From positions 162,936,001-163,000,000 of the forward strand of contig CM126207.1 in assembly GCA_052327205.1 (NCBI GenBank): 64,000 nt of DNA, read 5' to 3'. The first letter of the stretch is position 1. The number at the start of each line of letters is the position of its first letter. A model generated the notes under the pieces. It saw nothing but the letters and a program-made list of their open reading frames with translations, made no database searches and was not told the origin of the DNA. Origin of the DNA: Somniosus microcephalus (taxonomy: Eukaryota). The translations under genes and the position numbers were made by a program. Below, one piece after another: positions 33,951-45,730 of this stretch.

Positions 33951-35446
33951 TGGGTAAGGAGGGCCGGGAGTGGGTAAGGAGGGCCGGGAGTGGTAAGGAG
34001 GGCCGGGAGTGGGTAAAGAGGGCTGGGAGCATGTAAGGAGGGATGGGTGTGTGTAAGGGGCATTGGGTGCCTGTAAGGAGGGCCGGGTGTGGGTAAGGAG
34101 GGCCGGGAGTGAGTAAGGATGGCCGTGCGTGGTTAAGGCGGGCCTAGTATGAGTAAGGAAGGCCGGGTGTGTGTAAGGAGGGAGCTGTGTGAGTAATGCG
34201 GGCCGTGTGTGGGTAAGGCGGGCCGCGTGTGGGTAAGGCGGGCCGCGTGTGGGTAAGGAGGGCCGGGTGTGGGTAAGGAGGGCCGGGTGTGCGTAAGAAG
34301 GGCTGGGTGTGGGTAAGAAGGGCTGGGTGTGGGTAAGGCGGGCTGTGTGTGGGTGAGGCGGGCCGTGTATGGGTAAGGCGGGCCGTGTGTGGGTAAGGCG
34401 GGCTGTGTGTGGGTGAGGCGGGCCGTGTATGGGTAAGGCGGGCCGTGTGTGGGTAAGGCGGGCCGTGTGTGGGTAAGGCGGGCCGTGTGTGGGTAAGGCG
34501 GGCCGTGTGTGGGTAAGGCGGGCCGTGTGTGGGTAAGGCGGGCCGTGTATGGGTAAGGCGGGCCGTGTGTGGGTAAGGCGGGCCTTGTGTGGGTAAGGCG
34601 GACCGTGTGTGAGTAAGGCGGGCCGTGTGTGGGTAAGGCGGGCCGTGTATGGGTAAGGCGGGCCGTGTGTGGGTAAGGCGGGCCGTGTGTGGGTAAGGCG
34701 GACCGTGTGTGGGTAAGGAGGGCCGGGTGTGCGTAAGGAGGGCCGGGTGTGCGTAAGGAGGGCCGGGTGTGCGTAAGGAGGGCTGGGTGTGCGTAAGGAG
34801 AGCCGGGTGTGCGTAAGGAGGGCCGTGTGAGGGTAAGGAGGGCCGGGTGAGGGTAAGGAGGGGCGGGAGTGCGTAAGGAGGGCCGGGTGTGCGTAAGGAG
34901 GGCCGGGTGTGCGTAAGGAGGGCCGGGTGTGCGTAAGGAGGGCCGGGTGTGCGTAAGGAGGGCTGGGTGTGCGTAAGGAGAGCCGGGTGTGCGTAAGGAG
35001 GGCCGTGTGAGGGTAAGGAGGTCCGTGTGAGGGTAAGGAGGGGCGGGAGTGCGTAAGGAGGGCCGGGTGTGCGTAAGGAGGGCCGGGTGTGCGTAAGGAG
35101 AGCCGGGTGTGCGTAAGGAGGGCCGGGTGTGCGTAAGGAGAGCCGGGTGTGCGTAAGGAGAGCCGGGTGTGCGTAAGGAGAGCCGGGTGTGCGTAAGGAG
35201 GGCCGTGTGTGGGTAAGGAGGGCCGGGTGAGGGTAAGGAGGGCCGGGTGTGCGTAAGGAGGGCCGGGTGTGCGTAAGGAGAGCCGGGTGTGCGTAAGGAG
35301 AGCCGGGTGTGCGTAAGGAGGTCCGTGTGAGGGTAAGGAGGGGCGGGAGTGCGTAAGGAGGGCTGGGAGTGGGTAAGGAGAGCCGGGTTTGTGTATGGAT
35401 GTCCGGGAGTGGGTAAGGAGGGCCGGGAGTGGGTAAGGAGGGCGCG

Positions 35447-36168
35447 GTTAATTTATCCAGTCAGCAACCTGTGACCTGGGAGTTTTGGGTTTCCTTCAAT
35501 TTTACTATTACGAACAAATCAAATTCAAACGCAAATTTCTCTGTTTCACGGTGCTGATGGATTGAGCGAGAGCAGGGGGAGTGAGGGAGTGGGAGACAGT
35601 GTTCTGACAGTAGGGGGCAGTGTTGCACCAGGTGAGAAACCTGCAGCCCTTCAATGGCCAGAGTCTCACCATCAACAGTCCGGGTGCCATAGCGACAAAT
35701 TAAATGACTGTCATTTAAAGGGGAAGGAGACGGGCCTGTCGACATCCAATCTCGGACCTGTGATTTATGTTGATACATTTCCTGGAATGTTTCTGTTTTT
35801 CAGTTATTGCTACAGGTTTCTCCACTCCTCTCATTGGGTGCCTCACAGTTCCCTGGACTGAGGAAGGAGATTCGAGCCCCAGGACATTCACACCATGACC
35901 TCTGAGCCACTGCTCGAGAAGGTCCTGAGGCCCAAAGATCATCACTGGGGCAGGAAAATATCTCATACACCTCTTCCACACAAAACTCACACAAGGACAC
36001 ACACACAGAGACACACTTCCCTGTAGGAGCTGCAGGATGGTGATCAGGAGCAGGATCACTGGCTGATTTCACTTTCTCCCGGGGCACTGAGGCCAATTGT
36101 AGAGGCCTAGCTCGGACCATCTAAATGAGCACAGGTCAAGGACTGAGCTGGTCACTTTCTTGTTTGCA
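35447..36168. repeat. Module copy 5 (no Penelope insertion)
   Basis: Near-identical to copy 3. Confidence 0.95.
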
Positions 36169-39100
36169 TGGGTAAGGAGGGCCGGGAGTGGGTAAGGAGG
36201 GTCCGGTGCGGTAAGGAGGGCTGTGTGCGAGGAAAGAGGGTCGGGTGCATGTAAGGAGGGACGGGTGTGTGTAAGGGGCATTGGGTGTCTGTAAGGAGGG
36301 CCGGCTGTGCGTAAGGAGGGTCAGGAGTGGGTTAGGAGGGTCAGGAGTGGGTTAGGAGGGCCGTGTGTGGGTAAGGCGGGCTGTGTGTGGGTAAGGCGTG
36401 CCTTGTGTGGTTAAGGCGGGCCATGTGTGGGTAAGGCGGGCCGTGTGTGGGTAAGGCGGGCCGTGTGTGGGTAAGGCGGGCCGTGTGTGGGTAAGGCGGG
36501 CCGTGTGTGGGTAAGGCGGGCCGTGTGTGGGTAAGGCGGGCCGTGTGTGGGTAAGGCAGGCCATGTGTGGGTAAGGCGTGCCGGGTGAGGGTAAGGCGGG
36601 CCGGGTGTGGGTAAGGAGGGCCGTGTGTGTGTAAGGAGGGCCTGGAGTGGTATGGACGGCCGTGTGTGAGTTATGAGCGCCTTGAGTGGGTAACGAGGTC
36701 TGGGTATGGGTAAGGAGGGCCGTGTGTGGGTACGGAATGGCGGGTATGGGTAACGAGGGCCGAGAATGAGATCGGAGGGCCAGTTGTGGGTTAGGAGGGT
36801 TGGGAGTGGGAAAGGAGCGCCGAGTGTGAGTTAGCAGGGTCGGGAGTGTTAGAAAGGAGAGCCAGGTGTGGGTAAGGAGGGCCGGGTGTGGGTAAGGAGT
36901 GCCGTGTGTGGATAAGGAGTGCCGGGTGTGAGTAAAGAGGGCCGAGTGTGGGTAAGGAGGGCCGTGTGTTGGAAACCGGGCCTCGTGTGGGTAAGGAGGG
37001 CCTCGTGTGGGTAAGGAGGGCCTCGTGTGGGTAAGGAGGGCCATATGTGAATAAGGAGGGCCGGGTGTGGGTAATGCGAGCAGGTTGTGGGTAAGGAGGG
37101 ACGTTTGTAGGTAAGGATGACCGGGAGTGGTTATGGAGGGCTGTGTCTGGGTAACGAGGGCCGAGTGTTTGTAAGGAGGGCCGTGTGTTTGAAACCAGGT
37201 AGTGTATGGGTAAGGAGGGCCTGGGGTGGGTAAGGAGTGCCGGGTGTGGGTAAGGAGAGCTGGGAGTGGTTATGGAGGGCCGTGTCTGGGTAAAGAGGGC
37301 CGAGTGTTGTCAAGGAGGGCCGAGTGTGGGTAAGGACGGCCGTGTGTAGGAAACCATGTAGGTTGTGGCTAAGGGGTGCCAGGTGTGGGGGAGGTGGTCT
37401 GTGAGTGGATAAGGAGTGCCGTGTGTGGGCGAGGAGGGCCGTGTGTGGGCGGGGAGGGCCGTGTGTGGGCGAGGAGGGCCGTGTGTGGGCGAAGAGGGCC
37501 GTGTGTGGGCGGGGAGGGCCGTGTGTGGGCGGGGAGGGCTGGGAGTGGGCAAGGAGGGCTGGGTGTGGGCAAGGAGGGCCGGGTGTGGGCAAGGAGGGCC
37601 AGGGGTGGGCAAGGAGGGCTGGGGGTGGGCAAGGAGGGCTGGGTGTGGGTAAGGAGGGCCGGGAGTGGGCAAGGAGGGCTGGGTGTGGGCAAGGAGGGCC
37701 GGGTGTGGGCAAGGAGGGCCAGGGGTGGGCAAGGAGGGCCGGGGGTGTGCAAGGAGGGCCGGGGGTGGGCAAGGAGGGCCGGGGGTAGGCAAGGAGGGCC
37801 GGGAGTGGGCAAGGAGGGCCGGGTGTGTGCAAGGAGGGCCGGGGGTGGACAACGAGGGCCGGTGTGGGCAAGGAGGGCCGGGAGTGGGCAATGAGAGCCG
37901 GGTGTGGGCAAGGAGGGCCGGAGGTGGGCAAGGAGGGCTGGGGGTGGGCAAGGAGGGCCGGGGGTTGGCAAGGAGGGCCGGGGGTGGGCAAGGAGGGCCG
38001 GGGTGGGCAAGGAGGGCTGGGGGTGGGCCAGGAGGGCTGGGGGTGGGCAAGGAGGGCCGGGGGTGGGCAAGGAGGGCCGGGGGTGGGCAAGGAGGGCCAG
38101 GAGTGGGCAATGAGAGCCGGATGTGGGCAAGGAGGGCCGGGGGTTTGAAACCAGGTAGGGTGGTGCTAAGGAGGACCGGGTGTGTGTGGAAGGAGGGCCG
38201 GGTGTGTGTGTAAGGAGGGCCGGGTGTGTGTGTAAGGAGGGCCGGGTGTGAGTGTAAGGAGGGCCGGGTGTGTGTGTAAGGAGGGCCGGGTGTGCGTATA
38301 AGGAGGGCCGGGTGTGTGTGTAAGGAGGGCCGGGTGTGTGTGTAAGGAGGGCCGGGTGTGTGTGTAAGGAGGGCTGGGTGTGTGTAAGGAGGGCCGGGTG
38401 TGTGTGTAAGGAGGGCCGGGTGTGTGTGTAAGGAGCGCCGGGTGTGTGTGTAAGGAGGGCCGGTTATGTGTGTAAGGAGGGCCGGGTGTGTGTGTAAGGA
38501 GGGCCGGGTGTGTGTGTAAGGAGGGCCGGGTGTGTGTGTAAGGAGGGCCGGGTGTGTGTGTAAGGAGGGCCGGGTGTGTGTGTAAGGAGGGCCGGGTGTG
38601 TGTGTAAGGAGGGCCGGGTGTGTGTGTAAGGAGGGCCGGGTGTGTGTGTAAGGAGGGCCGGGTGTGTGTGTAAGGAGGGCCGGGTGTGTGTGTAAGGAGG
38701 GCCGGGTGTGTGTGTAAGGAGGGCCGGGTGTGTGTGTAAGGAGGGCCGGGTGTGTATGTAAGGAGGGCCGGGTGTGTGTGTAAGGAGGGCCGGGTGTGTG
38801 TGTAAGGAGGGCCGGGTGTGTGTGTGTAAGGAGGGCCAGGTGTGTGTGTAAGGAGGGCCGGGTGTGTGTGTAAGGAGGGCTGGGTGTGTGTGTAAGGAGG
38901 GCCGGGTGTGTATGTAAGGAGGGCCGGGTGTGTGTGTAAGGAGGGCCGGGTGTGTGTGTAAGGAGGGCCGGGTGTGTGTGTAAGGAGGGCCGGGTGTGTG
39001 TGTAAGGAGGGCCGGGTGTGTGTGTAAGGAGGGCCGGGTGTGTGTGTAAGGAGGGCCGGGTGTGTGTGTAAGGAGGGCCGGGTGTGTGTGTAAGGGGGGC

Positions 39101-41191
39101 CCGGTGTGTGTGTGTAAGGAGGGCCAGCTGTGTGTGTGTAAGGAGGGCCGGGTGTGTGTGTAAGGAGGGCCGGGTGTGTGTGTAAGGAGGGCCAGGTGTG
39201 TGTGTAAGGAGGGCCGGGTGTGTGTGTAAGGAGGGCCGGGTGTGTGTGTAAGGAGGGCCGGGTGTGTGTGTAAGGAGGGCCGGGTGTGTGTGTAAGGAGG
39301 GCCGGGTGTGTGTGTAAGGAGGTCCGGGTGTGTGTGTAAGGAGCGCCTGGTGTGTGTGTAAGGAGGGCCGTGTGTGTGTGTAAGGAGGGCCGGGTGTGTG
39401 TGTAAGGAGGGCCGTGTGTGTGTAAGGAGGGCCGGGTGTGTGTGTAAGGAGGGCCGGGTGTGTGTGTAAGGAGGGCCGTGTGTGTGTAAGGAGGGCCGGG
39501 TGTGTGTGTAAGGAGGGCCGGGTGTGTGTGTAAGGAGGGCCGGGTGTGTGTGTAAGGAGGGCCGGGTGTGTGTGTAAGGAGGGCCGGGTGTCTGTGTAAG
39601 GAGGGCCGGGTGTGTGTGTAAGGAGCGCCGGGTGTGTGTGTAAGGAGGGCCAGGTGTGTGTGTAAGGAGGGCCAGGTGTGTGTGTAAGGAGGGCCAGGTG
39701 TGTGTGTAAGGTGGGCCAGGTGTGTGTGTAAGGAGGGCCGGGTGTGTGTGTAAGGAGGGCCGGGTGTGTGTGTAAGGAGGGCCGGGTGTGTGTGTAAGGA
39801 GGGCCGGGTGAGGGTAAGGAGGGTCGGGTGTGTGTGCAAGGAGGGCCGGGTGTGTGTGTAAGGAGGGCCGGTTGTGTGTGTAAGGAGGGCCGGGTGCGTG
39901 TGTAAGGAGGGCCGGGTGCGTGTGTAAGGAGGGCCGGGTGTGTGTGTAAGGAGGGCCGGGTGTGTGTGTAAGGAGGGCCGGGTGTGTGTGTAAGGAGGGC
40001 CGGCTGTGTTTGTAAGGAGGGCCGGGTGTGTGTGTAAGGAGGACCGTGTGCGTGTGTAAGGAGGGCCGGGTGTGTGTGTAAGGAGCGCCAGGTGTGTGTG
40101 TAAGGCGGGCCGGGTGTGTGTGTAAGGAGGGCCGGGTGTGTGTGTAAGGAGCGCCAGATGTGTGTGTAAGGAGGGCCGGCTGTGTGTGTAAGGAGGGCCG
40201 GGTGTGTGTGTAAGGAGCGCCAGGTGTGTGTGTAAGGAGGGCCGGGTGTGTGTGTAAGGAGGGCCGGGTGTGTGTGTAAGGAGGGCTGGGTGTGTGTGTA
40301 AGGAGGGCCGGGTGTGTGTGTAAGGAGGGCCAGGTGTGTGTGTAAGGAGGGCCGGGTGTGTGTGCAAGGAGGGCCGGGTGTGTGTGTAAGGAGGGCCGGG
40401 TGTGTGTGTCAGGAGCGCCAGGTGCGTGTGTAAGAAGGGCCGGGTGTGTGTGTAAGGAGCGCCAGGTGTGTGTGTGTAAGGAGCGCCAGGTGTGTGTGTA
40501 AGGAGGGCCGGGAGTGGGTAAGGAGGGCCAGGAGTGAGTAAGGATGTCCGGGAGTGGGTAAGGAGGGCCGGGAGTGGGTAAGGAGAGCCGGGTGAGGGGA
40601 AGGAGGGCCGGGTGTGCGTAAGGAGGGCCGGGTGAGGGTAAGGAGGGCCGGGTGCATGTAAGGAGGGCCGGGTGCGTGTAAGGAGGGCCGTGTGCAGGTA
40701 AGGCGGGCCGTGTGCGGGTAATGCGGTCCGTGTGCGCGTAAGGCGGTTCGTGTGCGGGTAAGGCGGTTTGTGTGCGGGTAAGTTGGGCCGTGTGCGGGTA
40801 AGGCGGGCCGGGTGCGGGTAAGGAGGGCCGTGTGTGGGTAAGGAGGGTCGTGTGGGGGTAAGGAGGGTGGAGTGTGAATAAGAAGGGCGGGGAGTGGGTA
40901 AGGAGGGCCGTGTGTGTGTAAGGAGAGTGGAGTGTGAATAAGAAGGGCCGGGAGTGGGTAAGGAGGGCCGTGTTTGCTTATGGGTGGCCGGGTGTGTGAA
41001 AGGAGGCCCGGGTGTGTATAAGGAGGGCCGGGTGCGTGTAAGGAGGGCCGGGTGTGTGTAAGGAGGGCCGGGTCTGTGTAAGGAGGGCTGGGTGAGCGTA
41101 AGGAGGGCCGTGTGTGGGTAACGAGGGCTGAGTTTGTGTATGGAGGTCCGGGAGTGGGTAAGGAGGGCCGGGAGTGGGTAAGGAGGGCGGG

Positions 41192-41909
41192 GTTAATTTA
41201 TCCAGTCAGCAACCTGTGACCTGGGAGTGGGGGGTTTGCCTTCAATTTTACTATTATGAACAAATCAAATTGAAATACAATGTTGTCTGTTTCACGGTGC
41301 TGATGGTTTGAGTGAGAGCAGGTGGAGTGAGGGAGTGGGAGACAGTGTTCTGACAGTAGTGGACAGTGTTGCACCAGGTGAGAAACCTGCAGCCCTTCAA
41401 TGGCCAGAGTCTCACCATCAACAGTCCAGGTATCAATGCGGCAAATTAAATGACTGTCACTTAAAGGGGAAGGACACGGGCCTGTCGACAACCAATCTCG
41501 GACCGAGCTCTGTGATATATGTTGATAAATTTCCTGGAAGGTTTCTGTTTTTCAGTTATTGCTCCAGTTTTCTCCACTCTCATTGGGTATCTCACAGTTC
41601 CCTGGACTGAGGAAGGAGATTCGAGGCCCGGGACATTCACGCCGGGACCTTTGAGCCTCTGCTCGAGAAGGTCCTGAGGCCCAAAGATCATCACTGTGGC
41701 AGGAAATGCTCTCATACAACTCTTCCACACACAAATCACACACACACACAGACACACTTCCCTGTAGGAGCTGCAGGATAGTGATCAGGAGCAGGATCCC
41801 TGGCTGATTTTACTTTCTCCCGGGGCACTGAGGCCAATTGTAGAGGCCTAGCTGGGACCATCTAAATGAGCACAGGTCAAGGACTGAGCTGGTCGCTTTC
41901 TTGTTTGCG
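41192..41909. repeat. Module copy 6 (no Penelope insertion, CTCF-like motif degenerate)
   Basis: Same termini; empty site caaattgaaatacaatgttgtctg. Confidence 0.95.
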
Positions 41910-43129
41910 TGGGTAAGGAGGGCCGGGGTGGATAAGGAGGGCCGGGAGTGGGTAAGGAGGGCCAGGAGTGGGTAAGGAGGGCCGGGAGTGCGGGAGGAGG
42001 GCCGGGAGTGGGTGAGGAGGGCTGGGAGTGGGTGAGGAGGGCCGGGAGTGCGGGAGGAGGGCCGGGAGTGAGGGAGGAGGGCCGGGAGTGGGTGAGGAGG
42101 GCCGGGAGTGGGTAAGGAGGGCCGGGAGTGCGGGAGGAGGGCCGGGAGTGGGTGAGGATGGCCGGGAGTGGGTGAGGAGGGCCGGGAGTGCGGGAGGAGG
42201 GCCGGGAGTGCGGGAGGAGGGCCGGGAGTGCGGGAGGAGGGCCGGGAGTGCGGGAGGAGGGCCGGGAGTGGGTGAGGATGGCCGGGAGTGGGTGAGGAGG
42301 GCCGGGAGTGCGGGAGGAGGGCCGGGAGTGGGTGAGGAGGGCCGGGAGTGGGTGAGGAGGGCCGGGAGTGGGTAAGGAGGGCCGGGAGTGGGTAAGGAGG
42401 GCCGGGAGTGGGTAAGGAGGGCTGGGAGTGCGGGAGGAGGGCCGGGAGTGGGTGAGGATGGCCGGGAGTGGGTGAGGAGGGCCCGGAGTGGGTAAGGAGG
42501 GCTGGGAGTGGGGGAGGAGGGCCGGGAGTGGGGGAGGAGGGCCGGGTATGGGGGAGGAGGGCCGGGCGTGGAGGAGGAGGGCCGGGTGCAGCCAATTCCC
42601 GGTAAACGGGTGCATATGAGGATAAAATTTCGGAATTCTTTACAATGTTGTTAGGCCAGCAAAAGTGTCAGGCAAAGCCCAGTGACGCCCACACTACAGG
42701 AGGCGAAGTGGTGGAGCGGAACAACAGTCCAACCCTCGGTTTGATGGCTGGTGAAATGGAGGTGCTGCAGCTTTGCTGGATGGAGGCAGAGGAGGAAGAC
42801 TTGAGGGCACAGCTGGCAGTGCCAGTCCTGTGTGTTGGATCCGTGGCTCAGTGGATATGCTATTATTAAATAATCACACGGATGCTGTACATTAAAAAAT
42901 AACAGGTCTTTACTGGAGGAGGGTAGTCTCTAGACTGGGGGTACCGAGGCATGCGCAAAGCTTATATACCGGTGTGGTCACTGCCGGTACTACAGTATAC
43001 AGGAGCTGTAAAAGTATTTCTGACTTAAAGGCACATACACTACAATTCCTCCCCTTTTGGATTAGTAATACCCCTAATATTCAATAACAATTAACATTTC
43101 AACATGTACATTAAACAACAAAAGTCCAT

Positions 43130-45730
43130 TTATAGATTCAGTCTTTGGGGCGGCCTCCTGACCCTTTCGGGATAGCGCCTTTCCAGAGGTTCTTGTTCTT
43201 GGTGCCGAGGCGATTCTGACCCCTTTTCATCGGGTAGTTCATCGGCTTCCACTGCTACTGGGTCTGAAGTAGATGCTACCGGTATGTCGGGTTCATCCCC
43301 AGGTACTCGAGACATGGGGTTGAGGCGTTCCTGTGACGCTAAGATCTGATCGACGTGGCGTCTCACAATGTTCTCCCCAACATCCACTGTGTACATTAAT
43401 GGCCCCTGCCTTGTACATATCGTTCCGGGTTGCCACTTCTCTGTTCGATAGTCACGGGCCAAGACTGGTTGCCCTACATTTAAGCTCCTTGTCGGCTTCT
43501 CATTGATGTGCTGGAATTGTTTGTCCTCAACATTTCTTCGCACATTTGGTCTGAGCAAGTCCAGACGAGATCTCAACCTTCGGTTAAAGAACATCATGGC
43601 CGGGGTCTGGTTGGTAACTGCATGTGTCGCGTTTCAGTAGGCTAATAAGAAATTGTCCATCTTATGCTGTAGTGGAATTTCATCATCGCACATGGCCTTT
43701 ATCGCCTTCTTAAAGGTTTGTATGAACCTCTCAGCCAATCCATTTGTGGTTGGATGATACGGGGCGGATGTGTAATGCCTTACCCCATTCCTTTCCATGA
43801 ATTTTTAGAACTCGTCGGACACAAACTGTGGTCCACTATCAGAGCAAATCTGCTCTGGCAATCCGTTTCTGGCAAATATGGTCCTTAGGACTGCAATCGT
43901 TTTCTCTGTAGTGGTTGAAGACATTTTTATCACCTCAGGCCACTTTGAATGAGCATCCACTGCTATTAAGAACATTGAGTCCATGAATGGACCAGCGAAA
44001 TCAATATGCACCCGTTGCCATGGAGTGGAGGGCCACTCCCATGGGTGTAGAGGGGCATGTGGTGGTGCATTTTGGACCTTCTAGCATCCTGAGCAGCTCT
44101 TAGTTAGGTCTTCGATTTGTTGATCGATTCCCGGCCACCACACATAAACCATAGCAAGGCTTTTCATTTTCACTCCCCCCAGATGACCTTCATGTAGCTC
44201 ATTTAGCACTCTCTCCCTTAACTTGGGTGGAATCACCACTCTGGATCCACACATCACTGTCCCCTGGCATACTGACAGCTGTTCTCTTCTGGATGAGAAT
44301 GCTAGCAACAGTGAGTCGCCATGTGTTGGCCATCCCCTCACCGTCAATTCATATACCCGTGACAGCGTCGGATCATTGCGGGTCTCCTTCTCTATATCCG
44401 CGTTTGTTACTGGCAATCGAACAATTATTGACGAATAAAATATCTCGATAGGGTCCACTGCTGGTGCTTCCGCCACAGTAGGCAGTGGCAGGCGCGATAG
44501 CCCATTAGCGTTCCCATGCTGTTTCGTGCCTTTATATTCTATTTCATATTGATTCGCCCCTAGAAAAAGGGACCGTCTTTGTAACCGCTGTGCAGTCATC
44601 ACTGGAACGCCCTTCTTAGGATTAAAGATGGAGACAAGTGGTTGGTGGTCAGTCAGCAAGGTGAACTTCTGCCCATGCAGATAGTGGTTGAATTTTTTTA
44701 CTCCCCATACTAGGCTGAGGGCCTCCCTGTCAATCTGGGCGTAGTTGCGCTTGGCTGAGGTTAGTGACTGAGACGCAAATGCTACTGGCCTCTCCAACCT
44801 GTCTGGGAATTTGTGCGACAGCACCGCTCCAATACCGTAGGGTGATGCATCACATGCCAAACGAATTGGTAGTGCTGGGTTGAAATGGGCCAACACCTCT
44901 TTTGATGTGATCAATTCTTTACACTTCTGGAAAGCTCATCTACGTTCGTCATCCCACTTCCATGGTACCCCTGTTTGCAGTAGGGTGTTCAGCGGGTGTA
45001 ATACCGTAGACAAATTTGGTAAGAACTTGTGGTAGTTGTTTACCAGCCCGAGGAACGACCTCAGTTGTGACACATTTTCCGGCGCTGGAGCCTTGACTAT
45101 TGCCTCAATCTTGTCAGGGGACTTATGTAACCCCTCTTCATCGATGACGTGGCCACAATACGAGATCTGTTTCTGGAAAAACTCGCACTTGTGGCGATTA
45201 GCTCGTAGCCCATACTCCTTTAATCTGGTGAGCACCTTCTCCAAGTTGGCGAGGTGATCACCGTCATTTTCGCCCGTGACCAAGATGTCATCCAAATAAC
45301 ACTGGGTCCCTGGAATCCCTTGCAGGACCTAATCCATCGCCCTTTGCCAGATAGCCGGAGCCGAGGCTACTCCAAACACCAGCCGGTTGTATTGATAGAG
45401 ACCTTTATGAGTGTTGATCGTAAGGTAATGTTTTGAAGCTTCTTCTACCTCCATTTGCAAGTACGCCTGGGCTAGTTCAATTTTGGTGAAGCGTTTACCT
45501 CCAGATAGCGAGGCGAAAACATCCTCAATTCGTGGAAGTGGATATTGCACCGTGTGAAGGTCTGGGTTCACTGTCACCTTAAAATCCCCACAGATGCGGA
45601 CCTTCTTTGGTTCCCCAGGCGTATTACTCAACGACCTCTTCATTACAGGAACGATGGGTGTAGCCCACTCGCTCCAGTCCTCTTTGGACAGTACTCCTGA
45701 ATGTTCCAACCCATTCCAGCTCTGCTTCAA
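43130..45730 (-). pseudogene. Gypsy pol (RT, RNase H, integrase), broken by stops and frameshifts
   Basis: WATPIVPV..RICGDFK, LDDILVTG, LACDASPYGIGAVL, HEGHLG..CSGC and HIDFAGPF motifs spread over several short ORFs. Confidence 0.93.

Larger units (their letters stand above)
26463..42588 (+). repeat. 20-bp minisatellite arrays between and after the modules, including a 22-bp variant domain (~38180-40500)
   Basis: Directly visible periodicity with homogeneous variant blocks. Confidence 0.96.

Noticed and set aside
25295-41757. ORFs within the modules (e.g. 28136..28636, 26101..26415)
   Set aside because: No recognisable domain, and indels between copies shift frames. Parts derive from the Penelope UTR.
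2490-42588. CRISPR-like repeat-spacer array
   Set aside because: The units are contiguous with no unique spacers, there are no cas genes, and the context is vertebrate.
2490-42588. Immunoglobulin switch region or antigen-receptor cluster
   Set aside because: No Ig-domain exons and no AGCT-rich units. The nonamer-like GGTTTCTGT in the module has no heptamer at 12/23 spacing, and CACAGTG at ~53432 and 54721 is part of SINE tails.
2490-42588. Hundreds of GGTAAG/GGTGAG splice-donor-like words in the satellite
   Set aside because: They are antisense to SLC38A8, and many domains replace them with GGCAAG, GTTAGG or CGGGAG, so no constraint is evident.
2364-42615. Many long Pro/His/Thr-rich minus-strand ORFs (PGPPYPHPALLTHTRPSLPT repeats, up to 733 aa) and Gly/Arg-rich plus-strand ORFs
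   Set aside because: They are by-products of a 20/22-bp repeat with no stop codon on the C-rich strand. The same peptide appears in all three frames, with random stops and frameshifts.
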